Below the pieces are notes generated by a model. It made no database searches, was not told where the DNA came from, and saw only the letters and a list, made by a program, of their open reading frames with translations. The position numbers were made by a program, and so were the translations under genes. Positions 10,056 through 20,221 of a DNA stretch of 64,000 nucleotides are shown piece by piece. Source of the stretch: a virus (lineage: Duplodnaviria > Caudoviricetes); the IMG/VR virus record IMGVR_UViG_3300033121_001944, positions 25,384 through 89,383 of that record; one strand, 5' to 3'. How positions within the stretch are numbered: the stretch's first letter is position 1; each line of letters starts with the position of its first letter.

Positions 10056-11572
10056 TGGCTGTTACAATGACTTATGGCGGGTATCAGTTTGAGCCCGTCC
10101 CACAGCTAACACTCTCCGTTAACCATGTGAGAGATGATGCGGGCAACCTCATCAATATCCAGCATGTTGCCAATCTTAATGGTAAGTTAGTATCTCTAGG
10201 TAGACCTAATCAGGGTGCGGCTGACCTTTTTGATCAGCAGAACGACCTACGAGCAGCTCTGGCAGATTGCGGTAACTGTAAACGACTCTATTTAGAGTGC
10301 GACGGCACCGTCCTTCTTAGCGCCTCTGCACAGCCCCGCAATTTAACTTTTAGCCCCACTTCCGACAACTGGGTCTTCACGACTGATTACTCTGTCGAAT
10401 TTTACTGGAATGCCGTTAATGACTCTATTCTCATGGCGGCTACTGGCGTAGACCTATCATGTTTAAAGTGCTTAACGACTACTAGTGAAAGCTGGGACAT
10501 CCAACAGCTAGAACCGCCCGCTATGTACGTGCCTACCGGTGTGTGCCCAACGGGTATCCCACAGATGTTAAATATTACACATACTGTGAGTGCTAAAGGG
10601 TATAACTGCTGCTTGCCAAGCGGGCAATATTTGCAGGGCTATCAAGTTGCCAAACAGTGGGTGGAAGATCGCATAGGTTTTTCTACCGCGATTTTGAATG
10701 ATATCAGTGGTACGACTTTCCGACTAGATCCCGCTTTATTTGCCGCCTTCAATCATAATCGCCAAATCTCCATCAACAAGAGTGCCGGAGAGTATGCCGT
10801 TACCGAGACGTGGACGGTTATAGGAGATAGCGGGCTTAAACCATACCTTGAAGATTATACTGTAGAGCAGACGACAGATCAATCTAACAGATTTACCACC
10901 ATCTCTATACAGGGAACAATCAATGGGCTGGAAACACGTAACTCGGTCCATACTTTGCTAACGAGCAAGTGGCAAAATGCGATGATTGGCTGGAGCGCGA
11001 TTGAGCCGCAACTTTATTCGCGTGCTTCCTGCTTAGCTACTAATGCAACTTTACGCTGTCCGCTGAATACAAATCCTATTTCGACGTCAGTTTCTAAAAA
11101 CCCATCGACTGGTACCGTCAACTATAACTATACGTACAATAGCAAAGTTCAGCTAGTTTCAGGCTCATTATCAGAAAGTGTAACTGTCTCTGACGCACTA
11201 AAAAGTTCCCAAATTATTGAGGTCGGCGTAATTGGTAGACGAGCCGGTCCTATCTTATATGATACCCGCCAAAACAATGCTCGCGAACGCAGCGTGAATA
11301 TATCTATTATAATGGCTCAACCGACTGGCTGCTATACGTCGGGAACTTCGTGTGCTACCTTCCTGCCATTATTTTTAACCCCACCTACGGGTGGAGTGAA
11401 CGCCTTGCTATGTTGTTTGGAACAAAATTTAAGCGGGGTAGCTGGCTCTTATTATTTAACGAATAACCAGCAAGACTGGGACCCAATTAATGGGCAGTAT
11501 ACTAGAAATGTGACATGGCGATGGACTGAACCGTGTGCGACTGCAACGGGACCATCTGGTTTCTGTGGTTAA
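10055..11572 (+). CDS. tail protein (distal tail/hub-like)
   Basis: 505-aa beta-rich protein coupled to the tape measure stop. Confidence 0.6.
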   Translation: MAVTMTYGGYQFEPVPQLTLSVNHVRDDAGNLINIQHVANLNGKLVSLGRPNQGAADLFDQQNDLRAALADCGNCKRLYLECDGTVLLSASAQPRNLTFSPTSDNWVFTTDYSVEFYWNAVNDSILMAATGVDLSCLKCLTTTSESWDIQQLEPPAMYVPTGVCPTGIPQMLNITHTVSAKGYNCCLPSGQYLQGYQVAKQWVEDRIGFSTAILNDISGTTFRLDPALFAAFNHNRQISINKSAGEYAVTETWTVIGDSGLKPYLEDYTVEQTTDQSNRFTTISIQGTINGLETRNSVHTLLTSKWQNAMIGWSAIEPQLYSRASCLATNATLRCPLNTNPISTSVSKNPSTGTVNYNYTYNSKVQLVSGSLSESVTVSDALKSSQIIEVGVIGRRAGPILYDTRQNNARERSVNISIIMAQPTGCYTSGTSCATFLPLFLTPPTGGVNALLCCLEQNLSGVAGSYYLTNNQQDWDPINGQYTRNVTWRWTEPCATATGPSGFCG

Positions 11573-11588
11573 GATTTAGGATTATAAA

Positions 11589-14500
11589 ATGACTTGTTGC
11601 GATACTTTAACTGCACCTCCACAACAGACCTTATTTTTAGGGTGCTCCATCTCTAGCTTTAGTGCTAGTATGCAGTGGAATGCTGGACAAAGTGATTTAA
11701 GCGTCGTTCTTAGGGAAGATCAGTGTGCCGGACAAAGGGTGTGGTATACTACCGCCCTTAATGTTAGCAGCGGTGTAACTGCAGACCTTGGTTTTTTTGG
11801 AGAGAATCGCTATAGGAGAGCTTCGAACGGAACTGAATATAGTTCTTGCATAAAAGAAGATGCGGCTGATACACTTGTTCGTTCTGCTATAGATTTAGCT
11901 GGCACCCCCATCTATTTTCGACTGGGCAGCTTTGAATTTGCTGGTCTGTTATCAGATTGGACTAGAACCAATTCTCCCAATGACGCCCCCGAATACCGCG
12001 TTAAGATTGTTGATCCCCGCCTAATCCTTGAGGGCGTCCAACTTATTATTGGTGATTATACTGGATCGGTATCTGGAGTAGTAGATATCATTGATGGGGG
12101 AACCGGCTACCCACAAACCAACCTATTTAACATTTATGGGTTCCTCGAACAATTTGGATTAGTCTGCCCGTCTTACTCCCAGTGCTTGCCCGGCATTTAT
12201 GCGGCTTCCTCATCGTGTCCTAACGCTGTTGATGGACCCCAATTCGGCACCCTAGTTGGTGGCTTTGGCGGCTCGCTCATCAACAATAATGGTATGCCTT
12301 ATAATCATATCATAACGGGCTTTAATTATTTAGCGAATTCAGTACCTAATCTATCAAACCCATTTTCGCCTTACGGTCGGGTAGCTTTTCATACTACGAC
12401 CATACCCGGCTCCCTAGCAGCTTCGGGCTGTGGCTTGATCGTCCAGGACAACTTCGGCGGCATCTACGCTAATAAGAATTTTTACTTCGTAGACCTGCGT
12501 GAATTACCATCCTTCCCCAGTACAGCCTATCGTTATGGCGGCACCTCGATGAGCTTGCTTGACTTGGTAAATCAGGCAAGTGAGGACCTCAACTTTGATT
12601 ACTATTTTGAGTTATTGCCCATTAAGGATGCGGGACACACTTACAGTAATACTGATGTAGCAAAAGTTATTAAGCTGCGGACCACTCAAAGACAGGTACA
12701 GCCAGATCTTGATAAAATTTGCGAGTTTATCCAAGATTCAAACTGTGTCTTATCAAGTAGTGTGGGCGAAGAGCTTCGTAATGAAACGGTCTCTAAATTT
12801 CTGATCGGCGGCAATAAACAAACCATTTTCCAGATTGAGCAAAACACTAATCCTGACGGTGGATCTACATCTCAGATTACTAGTTTAGATTCAGCTCTTG
12901 GCGGAGCGCGTACGGACAGTGGCTGTAATCAAATAGATGATGTTATCATCCCATATTTTGGCACCGACTATAATGGAGACTTAATAGTCCCCTGCATTAG
13001 CGGAGACCCGTACTGGGGCGACATTTATTATTTTAGGGCACCGCTCTGGACAGTTCAGAGCGAGTTACAAACTTTGCACTTTTCTGGGCTGACTCACGCT
13101 ATCATTACAGAAATTGAGCTGGTTGCCGCCCTTTCGTCTTATACAAGTTGGGAAAGCTATATTTATGCTGCCCATACAGATACTTGGAAAGCAATGCCAG
13201 CAGGTTCTGTAGCAAGTAAAGATATAGAGGCTATCGAGTTTCTAACCGAGGGACGTGCCCGTATACCACAAGATCTCTCTAATCCAAAGTTAAGTAAAAT
13301 TAGAACAGACACTGATTCGCTTGCAACTCGCAAGATATCAGATATGAATGCTATTTACAATTGGGTTCGGTCTTATGCCTCAGATTATTATGGTAAAAAG
13401 TTTGCGGTGCGCGTTCCTTTTACTTGCGTAACCCTAGATTCGGATTCTTACCAGCCAATCATTAGCGAGAGCCCAACCAATGATGGCGGATGGAGTGAGG
13501 TAGGTAATATATTGGGCTTAACCAATAATGGACCGCTCACATTAGATAGCGATGACCCGCTCAACTTCTTCCGCAATGAAGAACAAAAAATTACCCCGTT
13601 TGTGAGAATTGATAATGCTGTCAATTTAGATGTATCTAATCTCCCTAAAGACTCTTTCTATATGATATGGGAGATCACTTCAGGTACGCCAGCTACTGGA
13701 AATGGACCACCTTCGGGAGCCCCAGGAAGCTCAATTTGCTATCAAGATAACTTGACGGGCATAATCTGGGTCTACTACTTTTCCGAATGGTTGCCTATTA
13801 ACGAAGTTTGCATGCTTGGCGGACAAGGTGCCCCAGGCGGAGATTTGGTTGGAAGTTTAACTCAAGGGGAATTTTGCCCAGTTTATAAAGATTTAGATAG
13901 TCAAACTGTTTATATAGCGGGCGACTCTAATTACACAAGTCCAACAACGGTTACTGTTAGCGATTGGGACATACAAGCAACGATGTATTTGTATGTGAAA
14001 GTGAACGTTGAGGAGGAGTACGTTTATCACGATAAATCTAACTTCTTTGCCCCTCGTGTTATTGTGGAGTTGCCAGACTCTATTCCTATGGCAGATGATC
14101 AGGCGGCACACGTTCGACATGTAGAGGAGTCATTAAGGGCTTTAAATCGCAGAAAAGGTGGTACGAAAACTGATCAAGAGATCGCCGACATTAAAGACTC
14201 CCTCATGGTAAAAACGGGGGCAGACTCTAGCTGGATTGGCGGTGGTCGTTTTAGAGCCTTCATTGACGCTGCCGCTATTCCATTACAACATAAAACGCTC
14301 ACATACGGTCCATGGTTTAATCCGACTATCGTTGGTAGGGTTGAGGTTATTAATGATCCCAACCTAGTGCCTTGGCGATATAACGGCATGGCAGGCTTAA
14401 ACACGGCTGCCAATCACTTATGTAATGAATCTCGCGTATTCATGAGAAAGGGCGAACTGGGCTCCATCACAGTTGCAAGCGTTCCCACAATCCCCTTGGG

Positions 14501-16754
14501 AGCTGAATTAACGGCTATCAATGCTGGTTATTATGGGGCGGGCACCCATCTTGTAGAGAATAGAACGGGCAATTTATCGACGGCAAGCGGCTATGATTAT
14601 AATGGCGCTTTGGTAAGTGAAGATTATTTAGGCATTAACTTTCCATCAACTTGGAATGGAACGTACGGACCCAACGTGACTGACATTAACGTTCAGGTAG
14701 ACGTTAGCTCTTTCTCAACCACTTACAATATGAGAACGTTCGCTCCCCGGCGTGGGTTCTTCGAGCGGTTCAACGCTAATCGCATCCAGCAGTTTAGTAC
14801 GAACCTATCTAAGATTGCCAAGCTGATGAGGGAAGAGGATGCTGCAAGAAAACGGCTCCGTAGCGTAATGAACGCAGGTAGCACTGTTAACGATAGTGAA
14901 TGGCAACCTTTCCTTTATGATGAACAAAGAAAACCATCTACGACAGCCCCCGTCCTAGTCGGTGAGATCATTAGAAATAGCGACCCCAGAAGTGCCATTG
15001 CCGTCATGCCTCTCACTAGCTGCCAAACTGAGCTAGGTAGCGGCTTTGCCAAGAAAGCGTTCAGTAGCTGGGACGTCTTAATAAGACCGGTCTCACTAGA
15101 TGGTGACGGCGGGCTACCTCGCTTTGCACGTTATGCGGGCACCAGCGGCGTTCTCCAAGATGATCTTATCCCCATGACTAACCCCTCTGGGAAGAATCGT
15201 AGCCACGTTGCACGAAATAGAACGGTTATTGGGGCGGCAAATCATATGGGTCACGATTTCGAGATCCTCGGTAGAAGTGGAGCTGATGCCAGTGGCTTGA
15301 TGCATAAGCTTATTAGCGGGCAAGCTAAATATACTAATGACTATAGGTTTATGGCTCTTCGCGGTCCGCTAATCGTTAATGGGTGGGGCTTTGACACTGA
15401 GGGCTACCCAATTCCGAATGAGGTTGATAACGCCTTAGCGGCTAGTTCTGGCGTATACGAAACGGCTGGTCGGACAGATAAGTTCATGTCTGGTCACCTT
15501 CAACGTCCAGATACCTGGGTGACTGCCCCAGTTGATTTAAGGTTTGACCGCAATAGGGGCGTCTGGGTAGCGGGAAGCGGGACCACACCAGCCACACAAA
15601 CGGCTGCCGCTAGAGACCCCATTGTTGTTTACTTGCAGAGCGATAGAAATAGTTGCTGTCTATGGAGCGGAATCCATAAAAGAGTGTTAAGTTACGAAGA
15701 TAGTTTATGTTTACCTCTTGTAGAATATGAAGAGATTTTACTTTACAACCCATGTAATATTTTACAGAGCGGTAATTGTGTAGTTGCCCGCCCTATGGAA
15801 GGAAGCGGCACTTTATCTAGTGGATGTAACCCAGAAAATCTATCCATCTATCGTTTCTTAACTATGGCGACTGGTCCTGCCGATAAGACGCCGTGCGATT
15901 GTTGCTGTCCAACTAATGTGTCAGGACAAATCATTGAATTAAATATAGTTGAACCTAGCTGTATTACATCTAGCGGTCATCAACTTTATTATCAGACAGC
16001 TATTGAAAACCAAGGCTGGTTCCGAGACTGCAATGGAGATGATTATGCCGCCTTAGATATTAGCTTGCCCTTAGACGGCTTTGCTTTACAGTCAGGCACT
16101 TTTATTAATATTACAGTCGCCTATCCGGTAATCTTGGTAGCCCTAGATGGCTCCAGTCCAGACTCGCCCTGGTCCGGCACCTATTGGGCTCGCACTAGCT
16201 ATAGTACGTGGACTTATCAAAGTTTATATGTGGAAGATGAATTCATCAGTGAAAAGCTTATTCCGGCGACCAATGTGACTTTGACTGGAGTGAACGGGCA
16301 AACTACTGTTTTAACCGATGATAGCGGAAATATAGTAACAGAGAATGTAACATTCCGTTATAAGGTATTTATACAATGTGACGATAGTGGTGGGGATGTA
16401 GCTCAAGTTAAACTATTCCATTTTACCCCACTCGGCTACCCCCTCAGTGGTATTATCGGTGATCACTTAAATATTATGTCGCAGGCTTATTGTGCGTTTA
16501 ATAGAGCGGTTGCGAACTCTGCCTCATTAGATTTTGGATCTGGAAGTAGCTGCACTATTACCGTTGCGGCTGAGGATAGTGTTAATTATAACTTCTCCCC
16601 ATTCATCTTACATTATTTTGGAATGTGTAAGTGCTCAGGCGTAAGTTATCCAGTCACTAGCTTCCCCGATATACCAGCGGAGTTTAATATTGCCCCCGCC
16701 TCTTGCTTACTCACCACATTAGAGCCCATTAGATTGGAATTCATATGGGACTAA
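11589..16754 (+). CDS. large tail tip / adsorption protein
   Basis: 1721 aa, follows the hub-like gene; Cys-rich termini. Confidence 0.6.
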   Translation: MTCCDTLTAPPQQTLFLGCSISSFSASMQWNAGQSDLSVVLREDQCAGQRVWYTTALNVSSGVTADLGFFGENRYRRASNGTEYSSCIKEDAADTLVRSAIDLAGTPIYFRLGSFEFAGLLSDWTRTNSPNDAPEYRVKIVDPRLILEGVQLIIGDYTGSVSGVVDIIDGGTGYPQTNLFNIYGFLEQFGLVCPSYSQCLPGIYAASSSCPNAVDGPQFGTLVGGFGGSLINNNGMPYNHIITGFNYLANSVPNLSNPFSPYGRVAFHTTTIPGSLAASGCGLIVQDNFGGIYANKNFYFVDLRELPSFPSTAYRYGGTSMSLLDLVNQASEDLNFDYYFELLPIKDAGHTYSNTDVAKVIKLRTTQRQVQPDLDKICEFIQDSNCVLSSSVGEELRNETVSKFLIGGNKQTIFQIEQNTNPDGGSTSQITSLDSALGGARTDSGCNQIDDVIIPYFGTDYNGDLIVPCISGDPYWGDIYYFRAPLWTVQSELQTLHFSGLTHAIITEIELVAALSSYTSWESYIYAAHTDTWKAMPAGSVASKDIEAIEFLTEGRARIPQDLSNPKLSKIRTDTDSLATRKISDMNAIYNWVRSYASDYYGKKFAVRVPFTCVTLDSDSYQPIISESPTNDGGWSEVGNILGLTNNGPLTLDSDDPLNFFRNEEQKITPFVRIDNAVNLDVSNLPKDSFYMIWEITSGTPATGNGPPSGAPGSSICYQDNLTGIIWVYYFSEWLPINEVCMLGGQGAPGGDLVGSLTQGEFCPVYKDLDSQTVYIAGDSNYTSPTTVTVSDWDIQATMYLYVKVNVEEEYVYHDKSNFFAPRVIVELPDSIPMADDQAAHVRHVEESLRALNRRKGGTKTDQEIADIKDSLMVKTGADSSWIGGGRFRAFIDAAAIPLQHKTLTYGPWFNPTIVGRVEVINDPNLVPWRYNGMAGLNTAANHLCNESRVFMRKGELGSITVASVPTIPLGAELTAINAGYYGAGTHLVENRTGNLSTASGYDYNGALVSEDYLGINFPSTWNGTYGPNVTDINVQVDVSSFSTTYNMRTFAPRRGFFERFNANRIQQFSTNLSKIAKLMREEDAARKRLRSVMNAGSTVNDSEWQPFLYDEQRKPSTTAPVLVGEIIRNSDPRSAIAVMPLTSCQTELGSGFAKKAFSSWDVLIRPVSLDGDGGLPRFARYAGTSGVLQDDLIPMTNPSGKNRSHVARNRTVIGAANHMGHDFEILGRSGADASGLMHKLISGQAKYTNDYRFMALRGPLIVNGWGFDTEGYPIPNEVDNALAASSGVYETAGRTDKFMSGHLQRPDTWVTAPVDLRFDRNRGVWVAGSGTTPATQTAAARDPIVVYLQSDRNSCCLWSGIHKRVLSYEDSLCLPLVEYEEILLYNPCNILQSGNCVVARPMEGSGTLSSGCNPENLSIYRFLTMATGPADKTPCDCCCPTNVSGQIIELNIVEPSCITSSGHQLYYQTAIENQGWFRDCNGDDYAALDISLPLDGFALQSGTFINITVAYPVILVALDGSSPDSPWSGTYWARTSYSTWTYQSLYVEDEFISEKLIPATNVTLTGVNGQTTVLTDDSGNIVTENVTFRYKVFIQCDDSGGDVAQVKLFHFTPLGYPLSGIIGDHLNIMSQAYCAFNRAVANSASLDFGSGSSCTITVAAEDSVNYNFSPFILHYFGMCKCSGVSYPVTSFPDIPAEFNIAPASCLLTTLEPIRLEFIWD

Positions 16755-16990
16755 TCCTACGCTTCCTGCGTGAATATATAAAGTGGAATTTAGCCGGTAG
16801 ACCGCTACGCACAGATCAAGAAATGGGGCGGATCTTCTCTATTTGTGAAGAGTGCCCCTTCTTTCAAAGGTATGCCCCTGGAGCCACCTTCGGTACGTGC
16901 GGGAAGTGTGGCTGCAATCTAGATAAAACCGATAAGGGGCGTAATAAAATAGCTTGGGGTACTACGAAGTGCCCAGAGAAGAAGTGGTAA
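16745..16990 (+). CDS. small Cys-rich protein
   Basis: CEEC...CGKCGC...CP in 81 aa; last + strand gene before the strand switch. Confidence 0.55.
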   Translation: MGLILRFLREYIKWNLAGRPLRTDQEMGRIFSICEECPFFQRYAPGATFGTCGKCGCNLDKTDKGRNKIAWGTTKCPEKKW

Positions 16991-17645
16991 ATTCTGGCGG
17001 CACACCCTTGGTCTGAAACTCATTAAGCAACGACAATAGATTAATGCCGTCAGACTCCGTCAGATTAGTGAGCCCCGCGTCAAACTCTACAACGTCCACG
17101 CCAGCATGTGCGGCTAGGAACTTTTGCTTGTCAACCTCAAAGCGGTCGCAGAGCAAATTAATAGTCTTGACTTGCCGCTCGTTAATCTTCTTATAGTCGT
17201 TTTCACTCTCCAGCATTTCTTCATGAGTGTGAATCTTTAGATTGAGCAACATTTTTAGGGCACGCCCAATAGCTTTAGTTTCCGCCGTGGCTACTGGATG
17301 TTTATTGAATGGGCTCTTCGTGTTGTATTCGTACACGTCTGCTGAGCCAGAAAAATAGCCAACAAAATCTTCGGGACCATTGTTGACGTTTACGGTTGCT
17401 GTTACCGTAGCCGATCTATCTGTCGAAGTGGGCGCTTTGTGAATAGTGGTAGATATATTAACTGTCTGAAATAACAATCTTGCCACTCTCATCAAACCAG
17501 GAGCTGAAGGGAAACCGTCAATCATTTCATCTTTTTTGAGGAGGGAGAGGACAAACTCTTGCCATGCATCCGTATTATAAAGCGGACTAACAACTGCATC
17601 TCGCCACTCCTGTGTACCGACCTTAGGTTCAGATTCGTTCGACAT
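16962..17645 (-). CDS. putative single-strand annealing protein (Rad52/Sak/ERF-like)
   Basis: ATAETKAIGRAL motif preceded by VTATVNV and GSAD strands. Confidence 0.5.
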   Translation of the reverse strand: MSNESEPKVGTQEWRDAVVSPLYNTDAWQEFVLSLLKKDEMIDGFPSAPGLMRVARLLFQTVNISTTIHKAPTSTDRSATVTATVNVNNGPEDFVGYFSGSADVYEYNTKSPFNKHPVATAETKAIGRALKMLLNLKIHTHEEMLESENDYKKINERQVKTINLLCDRFEVDKQKFLAAHAGVDVVEFDAGLTNLTESDGINLLSLLNEFQTKGVPPEFTTSSLGTS

Positions 17646-18405
17646 CTATAATCCTTAATTCATTGGACAACGTAGGCAGAACATTTTTCAGTACCTCAAA
17701 CATATTATAATGGTCTCGTTTATAGAGAGTACGCCTATGCTGTAACCGTATTATAGAAGCGCCCAGCCCCAATACAAGACCGTTTTTCTTCTCATCGGCT
17801 TGCATTTGACTTCTATAGTTATCAATCCCTAAATTGGTGGCAAAGTGGGAGGGACCGTCGATTTCAACAACACAATTGTATTCTGGTAAGTAAAAATCCA
17901 CTTCCAGTTTAGTTCCAGGTAGCAAGCTCTTATAATGATGGATATATCTGATCTTGTGCTCATCAAACATTTTAGCGAGGGCGTGTTCAGCTTTACTTCC
18001 ATAAAGAGAGGCATCTCGAATAGCTAAAGCCCCCTTACGGCGGAACTCTTCCTTATTCGGCATGTTCTCAAAATTCTCACGCTGAACATCGGCTCGCCGC
18101 TTTCTCTCCTCTTCTGAAAGCTTGCTCCACGCCTCATGCTGCTTCTTACCTAGATCTCGCTTATGTTCTTCACTCCAGGTTTTACCCTTCATATGAGGGT
18201 TAATTCTTTCAGAGTCATACCCAGCACGTAAACTTTCGCTCTTGCTAAGTACGGGGATATTTCTCTTATTGCAAAAACGCAGTAATCGTACAGCGTTTGT
18301 GTCTAGACGTCGAGCCAGCTCTCTCAAGGAGATTCTATTGTTACAATGCTCTTCGCGTAGAAAAGCGTCTAGCTCATCGTCCGAGAAGTCTTTTAATGTC
18401 CTCAT
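17629..18405 (-). CDS. homing-type endonuclease (HTH + NUMOD3-like + Vsr/DUF559-like nuclease)
   Basis: HMKGKTWSEEHK; SKAEHAL...EVDFYLP...VEIDGPSH. Confidence 0.7.
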   Translation of the reverse strand: MRTLKDFSDDELDAFLREEHCNNRISLRELARRLDTNAVRLLRFCNKRNIPVLSKSESLRAGYDSERINPHMKGKTWSEEHKRDLGKKQHEAWSKLSEEERKRRADVQRENFENMPNKEEFRRKGALAIRDASLYGSKAEHALAKMFDEHKIRYIHHYKSLLPGTKLEVDFYLPEYNCVVEIDGPSHFATNLGIDNYRSQMQADEKKNGLVLGLGASIIRLQHRRTLYKRDHYNMFEVLKNVLPTLSNELRIIDVERI

Positions 18406-18790
18406 AATTCCAATTTCTCACTAACTTCGGCTCTTTAAAGGTAGCTTTAACGAGCGGAGCAAAAGTGGGCTCGCAAGCTAATTCCATTGACGTTGCCGTT
18501 AAAACGTCCATTGCTGTAAATTGCTGGTTGTTCCAATCGATGTTGTTGATGTAAAAATACTTATCTTTAATCAAAGTATATTCGGTTAAATAGCGGGCGC
18601 TAAAGATGTCGCCAGCAATAATAGGTCCACGAAAGTCCCAAATGTTAAATGAGGGCAAAATCGCTATAGGTGAATGAACGTCTACTGGTCCAAAATTATT
18701 CAGGAATAAGACGACCTCTGTTTGTTTAGCCAGCCTAAATACTGATTCTACCCAAGGGAAGCTTAAATGATCTAAATATACGCCTATCAC
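18374..18790 (-). CDS. hypothetical protein (glycosyltransferase cluster)
   Basis: 138 aa, ATGA-coupled to the upstream gene. Confidence 0.55.
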   Translation of the reverse strand: MIGVYLDHLSFPWVESVFRLAKQTEVVLFLNNFGPVDVHSPIAILPSFNIWDFRGPIIAGDIFSARYLTEYTLIKDKYFYINNIDWNNQQFTAMDVLTATSMELACEPTFAPLVKATFKEPKLVRNWNYEDIKRLLGR

Positions 18791-19533
18791 AGTGCGACTC
18801 CTATTAACTGTTCTAATTGCCCACAGAACTGACTATAACTTAAAATCTTTTCCTCATATTTATTGATGATAGATTTTGGTTTAGAGATCGTATCCTTAAT
18901 CACCTGATTAATAGTGGCAGGCGTAAAGACCGGGACTTGTAAATTATTCTCAGTATCTGTAATGACTGTGCAGCCCAACTTTAATAGGTCAATTGCTTGC
19001 TTAAAGCCAAAATCAATACACACTTTAGCTGACTTGCATAGCTTCGACGACTCATCTGGAGATTGCACTCTGCCAATATAGCTAACGTGCGGCAATGCGA
19101 TATTTCCAGCCGCCCTCCACGTAAAGCCATGCATAATAGGATCAATTACATTTAAACATTGAGCTTGGGACTCTTTCTCTAATGGATAAATGGATAGATA
19201 GAATGCGTCAACAGACAGCCCGCGATGAAAATAAGCTGGCGGAAAAAGTATAGTATCTGCTAAGTCCGGCAAGCTTTCAAACTTGAACTTCTTTTCAGCC
19301 TTACATTCCTCTGGCGCATCACATTTAATAAATAAATTAACTGCCTTAGCCGTTGCCCCAAACACTCTATATCCCATTTTGGAGGCGTCTGTAAAAAGTG
19401 CGACATCCGGCTTAAAATCTTTTAGATCTTGCTGGCTGGGGTCCCACCATAATACGTCATGGTGCCGATGAGTTAGAGCGTTGAAAAGCCCCACAATATC
19501 TCTATCTTGTGACTGCTGTATAGATATCTTCAT
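18787..19533 (-). CDS. glycosyltransferase-like protein (degenerate GT-B fold)
   Basis: LKDFKPDVALF; YIGRV...LCKSAKVCIDF...LKLGCTVITD resembles a GT-B C-terminal motif. Confidence 0.45.
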   Translation of the reverse strand: MKISIQQSQDRDIVGLFNALTHRHHDVLWWDPSQQDLKDFKPDVALFTDASKMGYRVFGATAKAVNLFIKCDAPEECKAEKKFKFESLPDLADTILFPPAYFHRGLSVDAFYLSIYPLEKESQAQCLNVIDPIMHGFTWRAAGNIALPHVSYIGRVQSPDESSKLCKSAKVCIDFGFKQAIDLLKLGCTVITDTENNLQVPVFTPATINQVIKDTISKPKSIINKYEEKILSYSQFCGQLEQLIGVAL

Positions 19534-20221
19534 AATGTAATTTCTGTAATCCTAAAACTTCAATTTCCTTCAAAATTTCTCGTAATGGTAATGGTCTAAT
19601 CTGATATAGCCCATTTGGAAAAATTAACATATTTTCTTCTTCAATGCAGCCAAACCGTAAATCTTGATAGTTGATACGATTTGACAGCTCTTCAAAAAAG
19701 TTTGCAGGTAAAATAATAGGCGGCTTAACAAAAACGTAGAACTGGCTCTTATGTTGAACCATCATATTGTCTCGCCAATCCGTGGGCATATCTACGAACT
19801 CTTGATGAGACCATCGTGCTTTCAAGCCCGTCATCTTCATAATATCAAAGTTTATTTTTGTTTGTCCGCTAAAGTCTACGCCAACTATCTTTTGTGGCTG
19901 TAAAGTCTGCTTATTGAAGGTGAGAAGTGCCTGCCCAAAATTATCATAAATGGGGCTAGTTTCAATAAACACGTTATACTTAATCTTGACCTCTTCGTCT
20001 AAAAGATCTACTTTATCATCCATATCTTTGTCTGGATACCACTTGTCGGCTTCTCGCTTAAAATGACACATACGGCGGAAAATTCGCTCGCCATCACCGC
20101 CATAGAAAAATTCTTCCTCTTCCATATGACGTACAAGGCATCCGACCTGTTCTTTACCTTCATAATCAGCAAAGCAGCAGTTTTTACATGATGTTGTCGA
20201 GCTGTTTTGCGACTGACTCAT
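19502..20221 (-). CDS. hypothetical protein with N-terminal Cys cluster
   Basis: CKNCCF...GC...CHF; lies within the GT cluster. Confidence 0.55.
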   Translation of the reverse strand: MSQSQNSSTTSCKNCCFADYEGKEQVGCLVRHMEEEEFFYGGDGERIFRRMCHFKREADKWYPDKDMDDKVDLLDEEVKIKYNVFIETSPIYDNFGQALLTFNKQTLQPQKIVGVDFSGQTKINFDIMKMTGLKARWSHQEFVDMPTDWRDNMMVQHKSQFYVFVKPPIILPANFFEELSNRINYQDLRFGCIEEENMLIFPNGLYQIRPLPLREILKEIEVLGLQKLHYEDIYTAVTR

